A DNA stretch of 60,764 nucleotides, filler included, from Bipalium vagum (taxonomy: Eukaryota): the NCBI GenBank assembly GCA_037834085.1. It is 3 parts of 3 records of this genome, joined end to end, with 100 filler letters (N's around TTAATTAATTAA, not from the genome) between each part and the next. Parts side by side here need not be neighbours in the genome. Positions count along the whole stretch, not along the records: positions 20,902 to 41,599 come from JBBMKC010248184.1; 2 more parts are not named here. The stretch is one strand, 5' to 3'. Positions 25,500-38,749 of this stretch are shown piece after piece. Numbering within the stretch: the stretch's first letter is position 1; every line of letters starts with the position of its first letter. Under the pieces are notes generated by a model, which was given only the letters and a program-made list of their open reading frames with translations, ran no database searches and was not told the DNA's origin. Made by a program: the position numbers and the translations under genes.

Positions 25500-26570
25500 A
25501 TGTTATTTTATGTAAATGTTTTATGGGCACAGATTTTGTGGAAAGGGATTTAATGTAACCATTTCATAGGTAGTCTTAACCATTTTAGCAATTGATGATA
25601 TAATAATAAATTATGATAAAAGAAATCCCATGAATATCTCACGATGAATGTCCAAGCTATAAACTACTTCTACTTGTTTCCCCATTTATAATTTATTGGG
25701 GTCTTGGCAAAAATGGAGAAATGTGTCAAATAAAACAAAAAAAGAAATTTCATTTTTATTTCACCTGTTTGTTTATGGCATAAAAATTATGTCCCCCTTT
25801 ATTAAGTAACATTTTATCTCTTCAATTTAAATTATTTTATGGCCACAATGAAAACAGAAATCCATTAGGAAAGCAATGGTTAATAAATGATAATTTATAA
25901 GTTTGTTGGTAATTATTCCCATTATTTTGAAGACAGTAAATAGCAAAGAGATGTTGTTATTACTTTAATATATTATTTTAGCCATAAAAAGTTTTTGTTT
26001 TCCCATATTTTATGCATTAGCATAAACGAATCTGTTCACTTTGGAAAAGTACAACAAGGAGAAAAGTAAAATATTTAGACAAAAAACTTTTTTTTATTAT
26101 ATTTCTAAAAAAAGAGAAAATTTTCTTGGTACAATGACAACAGCATCCGGCTTTCGGTGGGAACGTTTCATGAATTTCATTCCATAAGGATGCTTGAAAT
26201 AACAAAAAAGAATATGGAAAATAAATCCATATACGAAATAATAGCTTTCATTTAACACAATTGTGTGACAATAAATTTTATGGTCGATTTTTAAGCTATA
26301 AATGTTTTTCTAAATTGTTACAAAATTAATTTTATTAAACAGCTTTCCTTGATACTGAATGGAAATTTTTATAAGCTTCCAACAAAGGGCTTTGTTAGTT
26401 TTTATGAGCTGACCGACTGGAAACGGTGTGAGTGCGGAATATGCATCCAAATCTTCAAAACACTTTGATTGTAAAACATAAAGCGGGAAATAAAAGAAAT
26501 TAACTGTTACAATTTAAAGTAGACATATTTGTTAAGAGCAAAATATTATAAAAGTGGATCAAAGAAACAT
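25500..26570. promoter_or_regulatory. Putative enhancer: cluster of TTTATGG (Cdx/posterior Hox) sites with Sox/TCF HMG sites
   Basis: TTTATGG/CCATAAA at about 25520, 25772, 25836, 25982 and 26277. AACAAAG-GG-CTTTGTT at about 26381. GATCAAAG at about 26557. No transposon or ORF signature in the segment. Confidence 0.35.
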
Positions 26571-26809
26571 TGACAAATTAAAGAAAATATCTAAAGAAGT
26601 TGAAATGGGAAGGTTAAGCTAATTTATTTGCTCAAGAAACACTTAGACAATAATATTAGATGTCCAAATAAGTTCTTGTGGTTGACATTTCATTAATTAT
26701 TTTTATTTTTTATTTCCTCAGAAAATCAATTCGTTTTATTAGATTATTTTAAATCAATCATGTAATTTGATATTTAAAATATTAATTCAATTAAAGTTTT
26801 TAAGTATTC

Positions 26810-27370
26810 AAAATGGCGAACGGAAATTCAAGTATTTGTTTATGCCTACTCTATGAATTAAAATATGGCTCCCAATTACTCAGAAGCCAGTCGAAAAAGA
26901 TTATGGCATTTGGAGAAAAGGAAAAACTATTTTTTTGGTTAGGGAAGTTTCATTTTCGTGATAAACATCTGTGAAATGAACTGAGAGCTGGAAGACTCCT
27001 TAATACGAACAATGGTGATTTGAGAAAACAATCAAGTCAAAAACGTACGACACTTGGTTTGATATTTAATGTCAATGAAGAAAAATCAGGTTGGAAAGAT
27101 ATAAAAAACAAGCAAATATGTTTCACACTAATTAACCTCAGAAAATAGATTTCTATGACTGAATATATGATCTTCTCACTTAAGTGGGCTAAAAGTAGTA
27201 GAGCCAATTTTCCATACTGACACCCAATAAAAAGTGGGTAATATATTTAAATTAAAAGAGAGCACATCATCGGTTATCTTCTACGGATCCTTAGTGACAA
27301 GTTCTAAAGAATGGATTATTCCAGAAAAAGCTTTTAATATGTGTTTGGTGAACATGTGAAGGAAACGATG
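26810..27370 (+). mobile_element. Decayed mariner relic
   Basis: Remnants of LYE..G, AFGE, WLGKFHFRD...E.RAGRL, KWVIY and ICVW motifs with many stops. Confidence 0.65.
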
Positions 27371-28869
27371 GTAAGTTTAAACACTCTGTTGTTGACATTC
27401 CGTTGAAATGCTTAATTCACTCAAAAATGTATATTTTAGAAAAGAAAAATATATATAATGTCACCAAAATACTTAGAGTTGCTATCTCGTTTAATTACTT
27501 CAATAACTGGAAATCCCAAATGGCTCAATAAAATAATTAGTTACAAAGAATTTAATAATAAAAATATAACTTTATAATTAAAGCAAAAAACAAATAAATT
27601 ACTACTATACTATAAACCACATAAATTTAAGGCTATACTCTCTTATAATATAAAAAATGTAATATGCATGTAAAAACCTAGACCCACATTTTAGATCATT
27701 AATATCCATCATCTATATATGGAAATTATTTAAGAGATATGGGATTTGATTCTTGATATTGACTTAACACCAATAGGGAGAATAGCTATTGGAAAATAAA
27801 AAAACTTAGACCAGAAAAAAATTCATTTACCACAGTGCCATGTGAGATGAGTATTAATTGTTAAAATATTAGAGACAAAAATTATGCAAAATCTATGAAC
27901 CTAATTTTGCAAATAAACCAAGCCAGAATATATCAGAAGACACTGGATACAATCTTTGTTGGTTGTCTTCGCTCATGGAACTCAAAGAATGACATGGCAC
28001 TTAAGAAGATAAAATGCAAATTAATATATTCTATCTAATTCATTAATTTAAAAAGCAATTAAAGAAGCTTATAAATTATACTTAAATCACGTCTAGAAGA
28101 GAATAGAACTAATTTTGACTCAGTTGAAAAGAAAAATTATTTTATTTTTTTTCTACAATAATATTATTATTTATATTATTACTATTATTAATTTTCCTGT
28201 TATTTTATAGATATTATCAAATTTATATTCTCACTATACTTGATATTCTTAACAGTATTCACTTTTACTATACCTGTAATTCTTAGTTTATTTTTCTTCA
28301 CTCTTCCTTTTTTCGGTTTCAATTAAAAGATAATTATCTTGATATTTTTCTTTATTTTGCTATTATTTATATTATTGACATCAATATTTGCCTTTTGGTT
28401 GTTAAGTGGCATTTAGAAATTTGCGAGGAACATTGTGATAAATGAGTGCAGAATTATGAACAGTAAACATACATTCTAAGACATTGGTATTTAATAGCAT
28501 AGTCTGAGAAAATTACTGATTTGATCATCGCTGTTTCCTGTTTATCGATATAACAAGGTATTAGACGTTTCTTATTGCGTTGCGAACTCAGCTATAAGAT
28601 CTGGAAACTGAAAATTACTTGCTGGATAATATTCAAATATTATAAACTTATTTCTATCAACATAACTCAGAATTTATAAAGAGAAAAATAATCAAAAGAT
28701 TATATTTTCAATTCTTTTCTTTTTTAAATTTACGAAGTTAATTCAATTATCTAATTATATTTTAATTAAAATTTACATAAATTCCGAAATATTTGTTAAA
28801 TCTGGTTTAATTTTATTATTAAATCATTATTTTACATTATTAATAATATTACAATTCTACTCATTATAC

Positions 28870-28934
<65 letters not shown>

Positions 28935-29999
28935 GATCTGAAATTATGTATTAATTATTTGAAAATTGATATTTAAAATTAAAATCCAAAAACCTGTTAA
29001 AAATTATTAATTTTCAGAACAGTGATAATCATTTAAAAAATAGATAATACCCAAAAAGAAAGTAAGACATATCTGGAGTAGACCGGGGAATCCCCAAAAG
29101 TATTATTAAAAGATACAGAAAAAATAGAATATTTATTCTTCATATATTCAAAAAATTAAATATTTAAATAAAACTAAATATTTAAAGTTCTTTCAAATAA
29201 TATTCTTTTTAATTTATTATTATTTCTTTATTTTATATTATTATCAGCATTAATTAATTAATTCTTAGGGTTATTCAAATAGTTTTTTAAAATAATTTTT
29301 CTGTTACATAAAAATATTCGTGTAATAAAATATGAAACAAAATCATTTTGCATTGAGATAAGAATGATCATGAGGTTTATCAACAGGAAACCTTATTTTT
29401 AAAGGTGGTTAATATATATAGTGTTGTTGTTCTGTGAAATTCTAATTTTTAAATTTTCGTGAACTGTTTTTGTTGCAGTGCATGTTTTGCACTACATCAC
29501 CGGGTACTATTTATCTTTACGCACCCTTTGGGAAAATTTGAAGAAATTGACTATCAAGAATTAGATAGTGGTTAGTCATATTTTTTCTTATTAAAATTAA
29601 TTAATGAGGTATAAAATTGGTTTTTTAAAGTTTTATTATTTTAAAAACCTATTTTAACATATTGAACAAACTACATAGATCAATTCTTACTGATCAAAGA
29701 CTTCAAACTTTTCACACTGGGTACGTAAAGGTAAAGAGTAGTCATCAGCAATTAGTAAACGACTGAAAATAAATAGAAAATTGTGAGACCGCTATGAAAA
29801 ATAAAATCCGTTCGACATGGTTCAATTCTAACAAAGCAATTTTTCCCAGTACAAAACATTGATGCAGTTTGAAAAATATTTTTCTATGGTTAACAAAATT
29901 ATACTATCATACAAAATTAAGTTTATGTTAAAGGAGTGATTAACCATCTTAAGTACTGCAATTTGGCCTACTCTCGACTAAAACTCCAATATTTATTCA

Positions 30000-30960
30000 T
30001 AACTCAAACTTTTCAGTAAGTGTAATGCTATTTAACATTATTTTATGAAAGAAGGAAACACGACAGAAACCGATGCAAGTTTGGATAAACATTATTGGCA
30101 ATCAGCACCATCGTATTCCACTATAAGAAATGGTATTCAGATTTCTAACAATGTCACACATGTACTAAACATGAATATCATAGTTTCTATCCAATTGAGA
30201 GATCAACTGACCAAATATAGGGCTAATACATAAACTGTTAATGGTAGATCAAGAAGTGAAGATTAGACGGGTGCTTGGGTTATGGGCATTTCAAAGTACA
30301 GAGTATGACGTACAATAAATGAAAAATTTCAAATGAAAAGGTGATTACAAAATGGGTGTCGAGCTCATTGATCAAAATATTTATTATTGTCTAAGTGGCA
30401 CTGTTTCAAAAAATCCAAAAGACCTTTTCGTCAATACGCCCCCTGTCATGAAACATAGATTCATTATTATACTGCAGAGTCTATTCAACAATTGAAGCAG
30501 TGGATTTCACATGGAGCAAGTGTATCGAAGTGATCAAAAACTTTTAAAAATGAATGTTAAGATTATGACTATGATTTTCTGAGACGCCAAGGGTATATTA
30601 CTCATATACTATCTTGAGAAAGGGAAAAATTAAATAATCCTATTATGCCACGTTGCAGATGGTCTGAAAGATGAGCTTAAGAGATGTCAATCCTATTTGA
30701 CGAAGAAGAATTTTCTGTTTCATCAAGACAACGAACCCTTTCACATATCACTTGTTGCTCTAGCAAAATTAGACGAATTAGACTTTGGATTCATACCTCA
30801 ACCTCTATATTCATCGCATTTGGCACCAGGCAACCATTCTTATTTTCCAGTTTCAAAAGATTTCAATTTTTCAAATTTCTATTTCAAAATAAATTAAACC
30901 AATAATATTTTTTTCAAAATAATTTCTCTTGAAGTCAACACGTTTTTGCATGAGCTTGAA
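30000..30960 (+). mobile_element. Decayed mariner (irritans/Himar-like) relic
   Basis: YWQSAPSYSTI, KWV, HET*IHYY, F*DAKGILLIYYLEKG, LFHQDNEPFH, PLYSSHLAP. Confidence 0.85.
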
Positions 30961-32846
30961 TCATGCTTAGGTAATTTTTTTCTTTTCGAATATTTGTATT
31001 GTCAAAATATTTATTTTTAATTGATTTTATTGTTTCCGTTATTTTTTTCTACAATATACTTCTAGTTTTTAGAGCTATCCTTTTTCTCCCTCTTTTCATA
31101 GTGGAATCAGTCTATATATTTCGTTCTTCAATTCTTTTCCATTATATCATAATTAATTAAGTAAAATAAAAGATAAAAATGTTCAGTTTTGATGCTTTCT
31201 CTTTTTATGACATATTATAGAATAGATGCTTATTATTCCACTGGGAATGTCACTCTTATAAATCTACGACTACCACCTATACTTAACAAGATTATAAAAA
31301 TAATTTATTGTTTTAAGAACTTTTTTCTGTGAGATATTATTATAAACCCTTACAATTATATTCCTTGATTAGCCGCATGCCATTTATACGAGTCAATATT
31401 TTTAGGTATTATTGAATTCCACAAATAAAAAATTAACAAAAAATTGATTTAAAAAAATTCTGTAAAGTAATCATCGAGAAATTGAAGAATAATAAAAAAA
31501 ACTTCAAAATATTAATATATATTTACTAAAAATATATTTATATTTATTATTTTTATTTTATTTTATAGAAATAAATATTTCATATTAAATTAAAAAGTTC
31601 TAATACGGTAAACATTTTTTCTGTACCTATAACTAGTTGAAAATGGTTTTTAATGAAAAATTATGACGTTTCTTATTTTTATCATATTTTTTTGATTAAT
31701 TTAATAATGAAATGTGAGGGGAATACATTTTTTAAAATATAATTCCTGATTTTAAAATATTTAAGCCAAAATTGAAAAAATATTTTGGATGGAAAAATCC
31801 AATGAATTACCTTAACAACAGTTGGATTAAAAAGTCTCCTTTAAACATCCGATAATGGTATTCACTCTCCCAAATGATAAAATATTTAATTAGTCGCAAT
31901 TCAAATCAGGGTAATAAAAAATTAATAAATTTGTGTTATTGATTCTTTGAAATGAAAACGTTGATACGAGCAATTTTATATATTTAATTAATTTTTGTAT
32001 TATATTAAAATTTTTATTAGGTCTTTAATATATGACACATTCCATTGTTTGTCGAAAATAAAATTATTTTGCAATATTTGTTTTAGTATTTCCTCAATTT
32101 CTTTATATAAACAATATATATAAATAAATTTTAGAAAAATTCTGAAAATATTTATTTTGTAAATAAAACAACAAAATTTGATAAAAACAATAAATAACAA
32201 TCAAAAAATCAGTATCAGTAAAATTTGTGTTTTAATATATAATTTTAAAATCTTTATTTAAAAACTTAATTTACTAATGGAATTATGTGAAAAAATGAAA
32301 AATTTTCAACTATCACTGCGTATGTCTGAAAGAATATTTCACTGAAATAAAATTAAATAATTATAAATTAAAAAGCAGGCTTCAATAATAAAATATAAAA
32401 AATAACATTTTTTAACACCAAGAGAAAAATATTGCTATGAAAACATTTATATTTTCTCAATCAAATATTACAGTTTTCAATTCAATTAGCATCCCATGGC
32501 CCTTGATCAATAATTCAAAATAAAATATTTTCTTAAGTCTGTAAAGTTCATTATCAGATCAAAAAATCACAAATGATGATAAATTACGATATAAAAAAAA
32601 TAATAATCGACTTATAAAAATATCACATTTTAAAATTGATTATAAATTATATCTTTTAATTAAAAAGTGAAAGTTAATTTAGGAAGAAAACAGTTTTGTA
32701 AGTCTGGTAAAACAAAAAAAAATTGTCAGAATTGTTTCACTTTATTTTCTGCCTGCATTCTTTGTAAAAACAGAACGAAATCCCAGAAAATGTTATAGTT
32801 ATCTTGAAATATATATAGATTTTATCAATTTTTTGATTTGTAATAA

Positions 32847-33350
32847 TACAAGGTATACAAAAGAGTATAGTCAGTGGTCTTAAATAAAAAAATTAACAAC
32901 AGATTATTACAACTTTTATTGTTAGAAATTAATATCATTTGTCATCTTCAAAATAATAACCATTACAACCAATACATTTTCTCTACCTTTTCACTATGGA
33001 TCATAAACATCCTTCGCATTCATCAGGTGAGGCGAATTTTAGATTTCGAATTGTTTCTTCGTTAATCTCATCAACAGTGCATGAATTCTCCATTTTTCAT
33101 AGCAAATTTGAACTTTACAAAAATAAAAAATTCGCATGGTGATAGATCTGCCGTTTCGATAAGAAATCGTTGATAAATACCGATGCATGATGTCTTGCAT
33201 TATCCTGCAGAATATGGAACCCTTTTGAAATGCTGCAAATCTGATCGTTTCTTTCGTAATTTTTCAAATAATATCGTGAGAACATCTTTGTAAACATGTT
33301 GGTCTACAGTTTGGCCTTCAGGAACAAATTGGTAGTGAATTAACCAACTA
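32847..33350 (-). mobile_element. Mariner-superfamily relic
   Basis: Minus strand IHYQFVPEGQTVDQ and HILQDNARHHAS. TIR-like TACAAGGTATACAAAAGAGT at about 32847. Confidence 0.7.
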
Positions 33351-34496
33351 ATATAATATATATATAAAATTAAAATCAATTATAAATTAATTAAATTATA
33401 AAATATAAATAATATTTTAGTTATTAATTAAAGTAAATTGAAATAATAGTTAATTCTTTAAAATTACCTCTGTAAAATATTTAATTAAATTATTATCTGT
33501 GATTAAATCATTAAATTACAAAAATTTAATGAACGAAATTTTCTTTGATAATTTGATATGTGAAAAGACTGATAAATTGGTTGATACAATAGATAAAAGT
33601 GTAAAGAAATTAGGCGACCCAAGTATAAGCCAAATTTCTACTGTCAGATTTATTCAATAACTATATTTATTAAATATAAATAAATTAATATATATATAAA
33701 TAAATAAATCATTTTCTTCACTTTTTAAATCAAACGTTTCCCATTAAAAGTTATAAACCATCATATTTACTAAATTTTAATACCTTTGCAAAAAATAATT
33801 TTGATTTATTTTTTAAGTTTTTATATTTTAAAAATATGATATTTGACAAGATAATTTATCAGTTACTGAGGTTAAAAATCGATATCGATTATTTTTTTCT
33901 CTTTTGCTGGAAAACATCTGGATTTTCACAGATGGTTATGTGGTATCTTAATTATTGAAATAATACTTAAATTTATTTCGTATATTCTGATTGAAATTAA
34001 AATTCTAAGTCAATAATGTCATAAAAATTAAAATAAGGATTTTTATGAATTATTTATTTACTGGTTGGAAATTGTTGGACTTGCATTGAGCAATATCTGA
34101 AAATTAGAATAAGTAAAAAATAAATTAAAAATATTGTTTTATTATCATTATTAATAATTATTACTTTATTTTATTTCCAATTTTATTTCGTTTCATTATC
34201 ATTGTTATTAATAACAGTATAATTATTATTCCAGCTGCTTATTTGCTATAATGTTTATTATTTGCTATAAATAGATTATATAAATTTATATATATTTCTT
34301 TTATAATCTTCAAAATAATATTAAATTTATTTAAATTTTTATTTATATTATAAATTATATTTTTATATTATATAATATATTATATTATATTTATATATTA
34401 TAAATAAATATTACTTAAGTACTATAACATCTTTTATTTCTAAACTTTTGTAGAGGTTCCAGCATTATAATTGTCAGATAAATTGAAAATTATTCG

Positions 34497-34567
34497 GGGG
34501 ATGTATCTCAGCGGTCAGAGGAATCCATGCGCATGTGAAGGTCCGGGTTCAAGTCCCGGTATCTCCG
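34497..34567 (+). tRNA. tRNA-Ala (CGC-derived), probably a pseudogene
   Basis: Acceptor stem GGGGATG/TATCTCC with the G3:U70 Ala determinant. T-arm CCGGG-TTCAAGT-CCCGG. D-stem TCTC/GAGG. The anticodon stem (ATCCA/GTGAA) pairs poorly and the loop TGCGCAT lacks U33. Confidence 0.75.
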
Positions 34568-37356
34568 ATAAATTTTCACTAACAATAACAATATACATTA
34601 ATTCAGATTTTTACCTTTTTAGGTAACAATTTAAGCAAACATATGCTGTTTACAAAAAATTATTTCTATCCTTCTATATATATGGTATGGGTAAAAAGCG
34701 TTACACTCGTGCAGAAATAAAATTATGAAGTATAAAATTTTCTAAATAAAACAATTAATATATATATATAAATGCAAATATTATTTGATCTATTTAATAT
34801 AATAACCGTTTAAAGGTATTATTTGGGACACTTCCTTTTAAAATTTAGCATGTAGTTAAATTTTTCATTATTTTTCTAAAAGGAGAGAAAAGAAAAACGT
34901 GATTTACGAGTCACGTGATGCATATGGAAATGAGGCTCGATGCAAAGGAACTATTTATTATTTGAACAAAGCTATTTTCTGGAATGTGTTGGATGAAAAA
35001 ACGTATATGACTATATCAAATTGTTGAGAAATTTGATAATTAAAAATTTTTGTGAAAGAAGAGACGAATTACTCAGGGAGACCTATTTACTAGAGTTAAC
35101 TTAAGCGAAAAAGCTATACAAAAAAACTAGGAGCATTTGAATTATAAAATTATGTAATCGATTCACCAAAATTTTTTCCCTTCAGATATACGAGAAAAGC
35201 GAATGTAATTGTTTCAAGAAAGTCCAGTAATAATTAAAGATCTTCGATAGAAATGATTAAGAATAATAAAACGAGGATAAGACGCCATTGAGTGTTTATA
35301 TTTCACACAGCAAGAGCTTGTCTTATGATGATTAAACTCAAATGATTTCCTTTTGTTCATTTTATATGGAAAAATGGTACTCTTGATATTCAGAAAAAGG
35401 TGAAGACTTGTGAATAGATTTTCTTGGCGTTACAGGTAAGAGATGAAAAGGAATCAGTGAGTGACTTCAGTGGGAACTCATATCTTATCCCAAATTGTTT
35501 GATATCGGTTCCGGCCTTAAGGGCTAAAAAAGAAAATTTTTCCTTTTCACTTGCACCCATTTATTTTAATTTTGATTGATTTTAATTTAATTTTTATTAA
35601 TGATTATACATTGATTAATTTTTATTTATTATACATATTTATTTATTATATACATTTATTTATAATGCATATTATTATATAACTTAACAATTTTTTTCCT
35701 TTTATATTTTTTTATATAATTGACTCTAGAATGAAATAAACATTAAGAAATTTGATCAAAGTGGTGTAAAAAATAGAGAGAAAAATTAATATGTTGGAAT
35801 GCGTAGAAAATTAATTATAGCTTCCAATAATAAGAAAATTCTATTAATTTCAATTTTCCTTGAACTGACGTAGACCAAACAAGACCCTTACATTTATTTC
35901 AGTGCCAGAAAGACTAATTATGCTTTCATCAAAACAGATTTAGCAATAGTCGCCAATTACAACGTTGGGGTATAGAAATTAATATTTCTTGTGTTTTCAA
36001 ATGATAAAAATTAATAATTCTCAGAATCATTTTATTTTTACAGAACATTCTTTGTAAACAAACATTGTTATTATTTTTTTATTATTATTATTTTCATTAT
36101 TATTATTATTATTATTATTATATTAATTGAGGAATAAATCAATTTTTTCATTTTTTATATATATTTATTATTTTTGAAATCTTTGTCTTAAATTTAAGAG
36201 ATTTTTAAGAAAAAAGATTACCAAAGAGAAAAATGGAGATATTTTAAATTAATTTTTGACAAAATCCAACATAAGTATACAGAATAATTTAGTAGCCATC
36301 AATTGCACTATATGAAATGGTGCGGTCAATTCACCGAAAATTTGGTTTACCTCATCTTCTCTCAGGCCCATCTGAAAAATTTGAATAATCTCCTACTTTA
36401 ATCCGGACTGATTCCAAAATTGCTTTTGTTTAATGTCTTTGAGCTTTGAAAAACCCTTTCTAAGTTTCACGTTGCAGTGACAGTAGTTTACCTAGACGTA
36501 GCTCTAATAAACATGTTCATAATGTTAAGGATTTTAGAGACATTTTCTGAACATTTTGATTGCATTCACGATTTATATTAATTAATTAGTTATTTTAATA
36601 TTTTAATATCATTTTATATTTTCAAAAAATATCTCATTTAAAAATGAAATAAAACATAGTATTAAATTCTTAACTGTGCAGAGCAATGTTAATTCGTTGA
36701 TAATTAATTCTCAGTGTGATTATCTTTTTGAATGTCTTTCGTTGTGAAATTTAATGACTCTAATGAATGTAACAAGAAGCATAATATTATAGATTTAAAT
36801 AATTATTTTTAGAAGCTCAAGAATTTCAGGAAAAGATCGGGAAAATGTAATATCAAAATTATATAACTGTCGATGTTTGTCTTTTTTATTTTTCCTAATT
36901 GCTCCGATAATTTTATATTTATTCCCGTTCTTTCGACAAAATTTTCAGCTAACAAAGCTTATTTAAAGATTTTTTATCAATTTAATATGGAAAATACTTT
37001 AAAAATCAACCTGAAAACTGGGTTCAATATTCTTTTTCACTAGACCTAATGGACAATTCGTAATAGACTATACACTTTTCAAAGAAAAAAAACTGAGAAA
37101 CGAAAATGAAAGATAAAAGAATGATAATTTCTTTTTACGATCCTTAAAAGTAGATGTATTCTATATGTATTCTATATAAGCTTGGGAAAAGTGTAGAGTA
37201 ACAGAAATTCTTCAAAAAAATAGGCTTAAGGAGAGAACCGTAGTTTTAATGAAGGAGACAATGAAATATATGAGCATACATCCAAACACATATCAAAATT
37301 GGCAATGTTCAATAAAAGAAAGATTGTTGAAGTGTTGTCTGAGTTGTTCACAAAAA

Positions 37357-38066
37357 TATTGGGTTGTCTAAAAATTTTCCGTCCATTTTTTAAATAGGCG
37401 GCGAAAAAAATCGACAGATATTTATATTGGTATCTTATTTGTTTAAATTAATAATTTAAATTTAATAATCGCAGAATTCAAATTACTTAAAGAAGATTGG
37501 CATTTTATTAATAAAAAAATTTATTTATATTTAGAAATGAACATAAATAAAGAAGAAATATACATGAAATTTTACTCATTAAAGGCAAAAATACAATGCA
37601 GGCCGCGAAAAAATGGTGTTGTTTATGGTGCAGATGCTGTATCTGATAGAACAGTCCGTGAATGTTTCCATAGATTTCGACCTCAAAAACGCACCTTGAC
37701 AACGCAAGACATATGTTTCTTTAATGACTAAGAAAAATTTGAGTAACCTTGATTGGGAAGTTTTGTTGCATCCCTATATAGTCCTGATATTGCACCGTCG
37801 GAGTATCAATTGTTTCGTTCAGTGTATAACGTACTTGATGTTGTAACATTGAATTCAAAGGAGAATACCGAAAACCACTATTATCAGGTTTTCAGCGGAA
37901 AATCAGAGAAGCTCTACAGTGACCGAATTCTAGCTTTACCAAAGAAATGACAAGATATTGTCGATAAAGATGGTGCATATGTAGCTTTAAAATGTTCTGA
38001 AATTGTCTCAGTATTCTTGCGTTTTTCAAGTTGCTAAAATCAAGGAAAAAAAGTATACAATCTAAT
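37357..38066 (+). mobile_element. Internally deleted mariner with both TIRs
   Basis: 5' TIR TATTGGGTTGTCTAAAAATTTTCC; MNINKEEI...VYGADAVSDRTVRECFHRFR; WEV..SLYSPDIAPSEYQLFRS; 3' TIR ending TACAATCTAATA. Confidence 0.9.
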
Positions 38067-38749
38067 ATTATAAATAAAATTCTGCTATCACTCTTAATAA
38101 ACATGATCTAAACAAAAATCAGATATTAATAAGTAATTTTATCTTGAGTTCATAAATCATGCATATGTCTTCATCTTACATATATTTTTTTCTAGGAAAT
38201 TTTTCAAATATTATGATTCCCTTCAGAATTTTTAGAAAAAATTTACAAATTGGGTACCAGCGTAATTATACCTCAGAATTTAATTTTTCTTCTATCATGA
38301 TTCCAAACATTCAAACAAATTTAATTTTTAATCTATAAGATTTTAAACTTTATATTTCCAAAATTCTTTTGATAATGAAATGTTATCTTTGAATTATCGA
38401 TTACATTACAGCTTTAATTTAAATCAGGGTGGTCAGGACCCATTTAATTTCAATATTTCAACCTAAATAAGTATTATAATTTAAATAATTAATTTTATAT
38501 TATTTTATTTTTTATTTATTTAATATAATATTCATATTAGTATAGTTTAAATAATATTATTTGAAAATTAAATAAAATTTTTTAATATTTTTTATTTTGT
38601 TGATTACTTTAATTAAAAAAATACTTTTTTATTTAATTTATTGATAAAGTCACTTTTGCCTAGAATTTTCTAACAACTTTCAATGTTAATTTCAAAAGCA
38701 ATTCATAAAGCGTATCTATTTTGATTTTACCTACAAAATGTGATATGAA

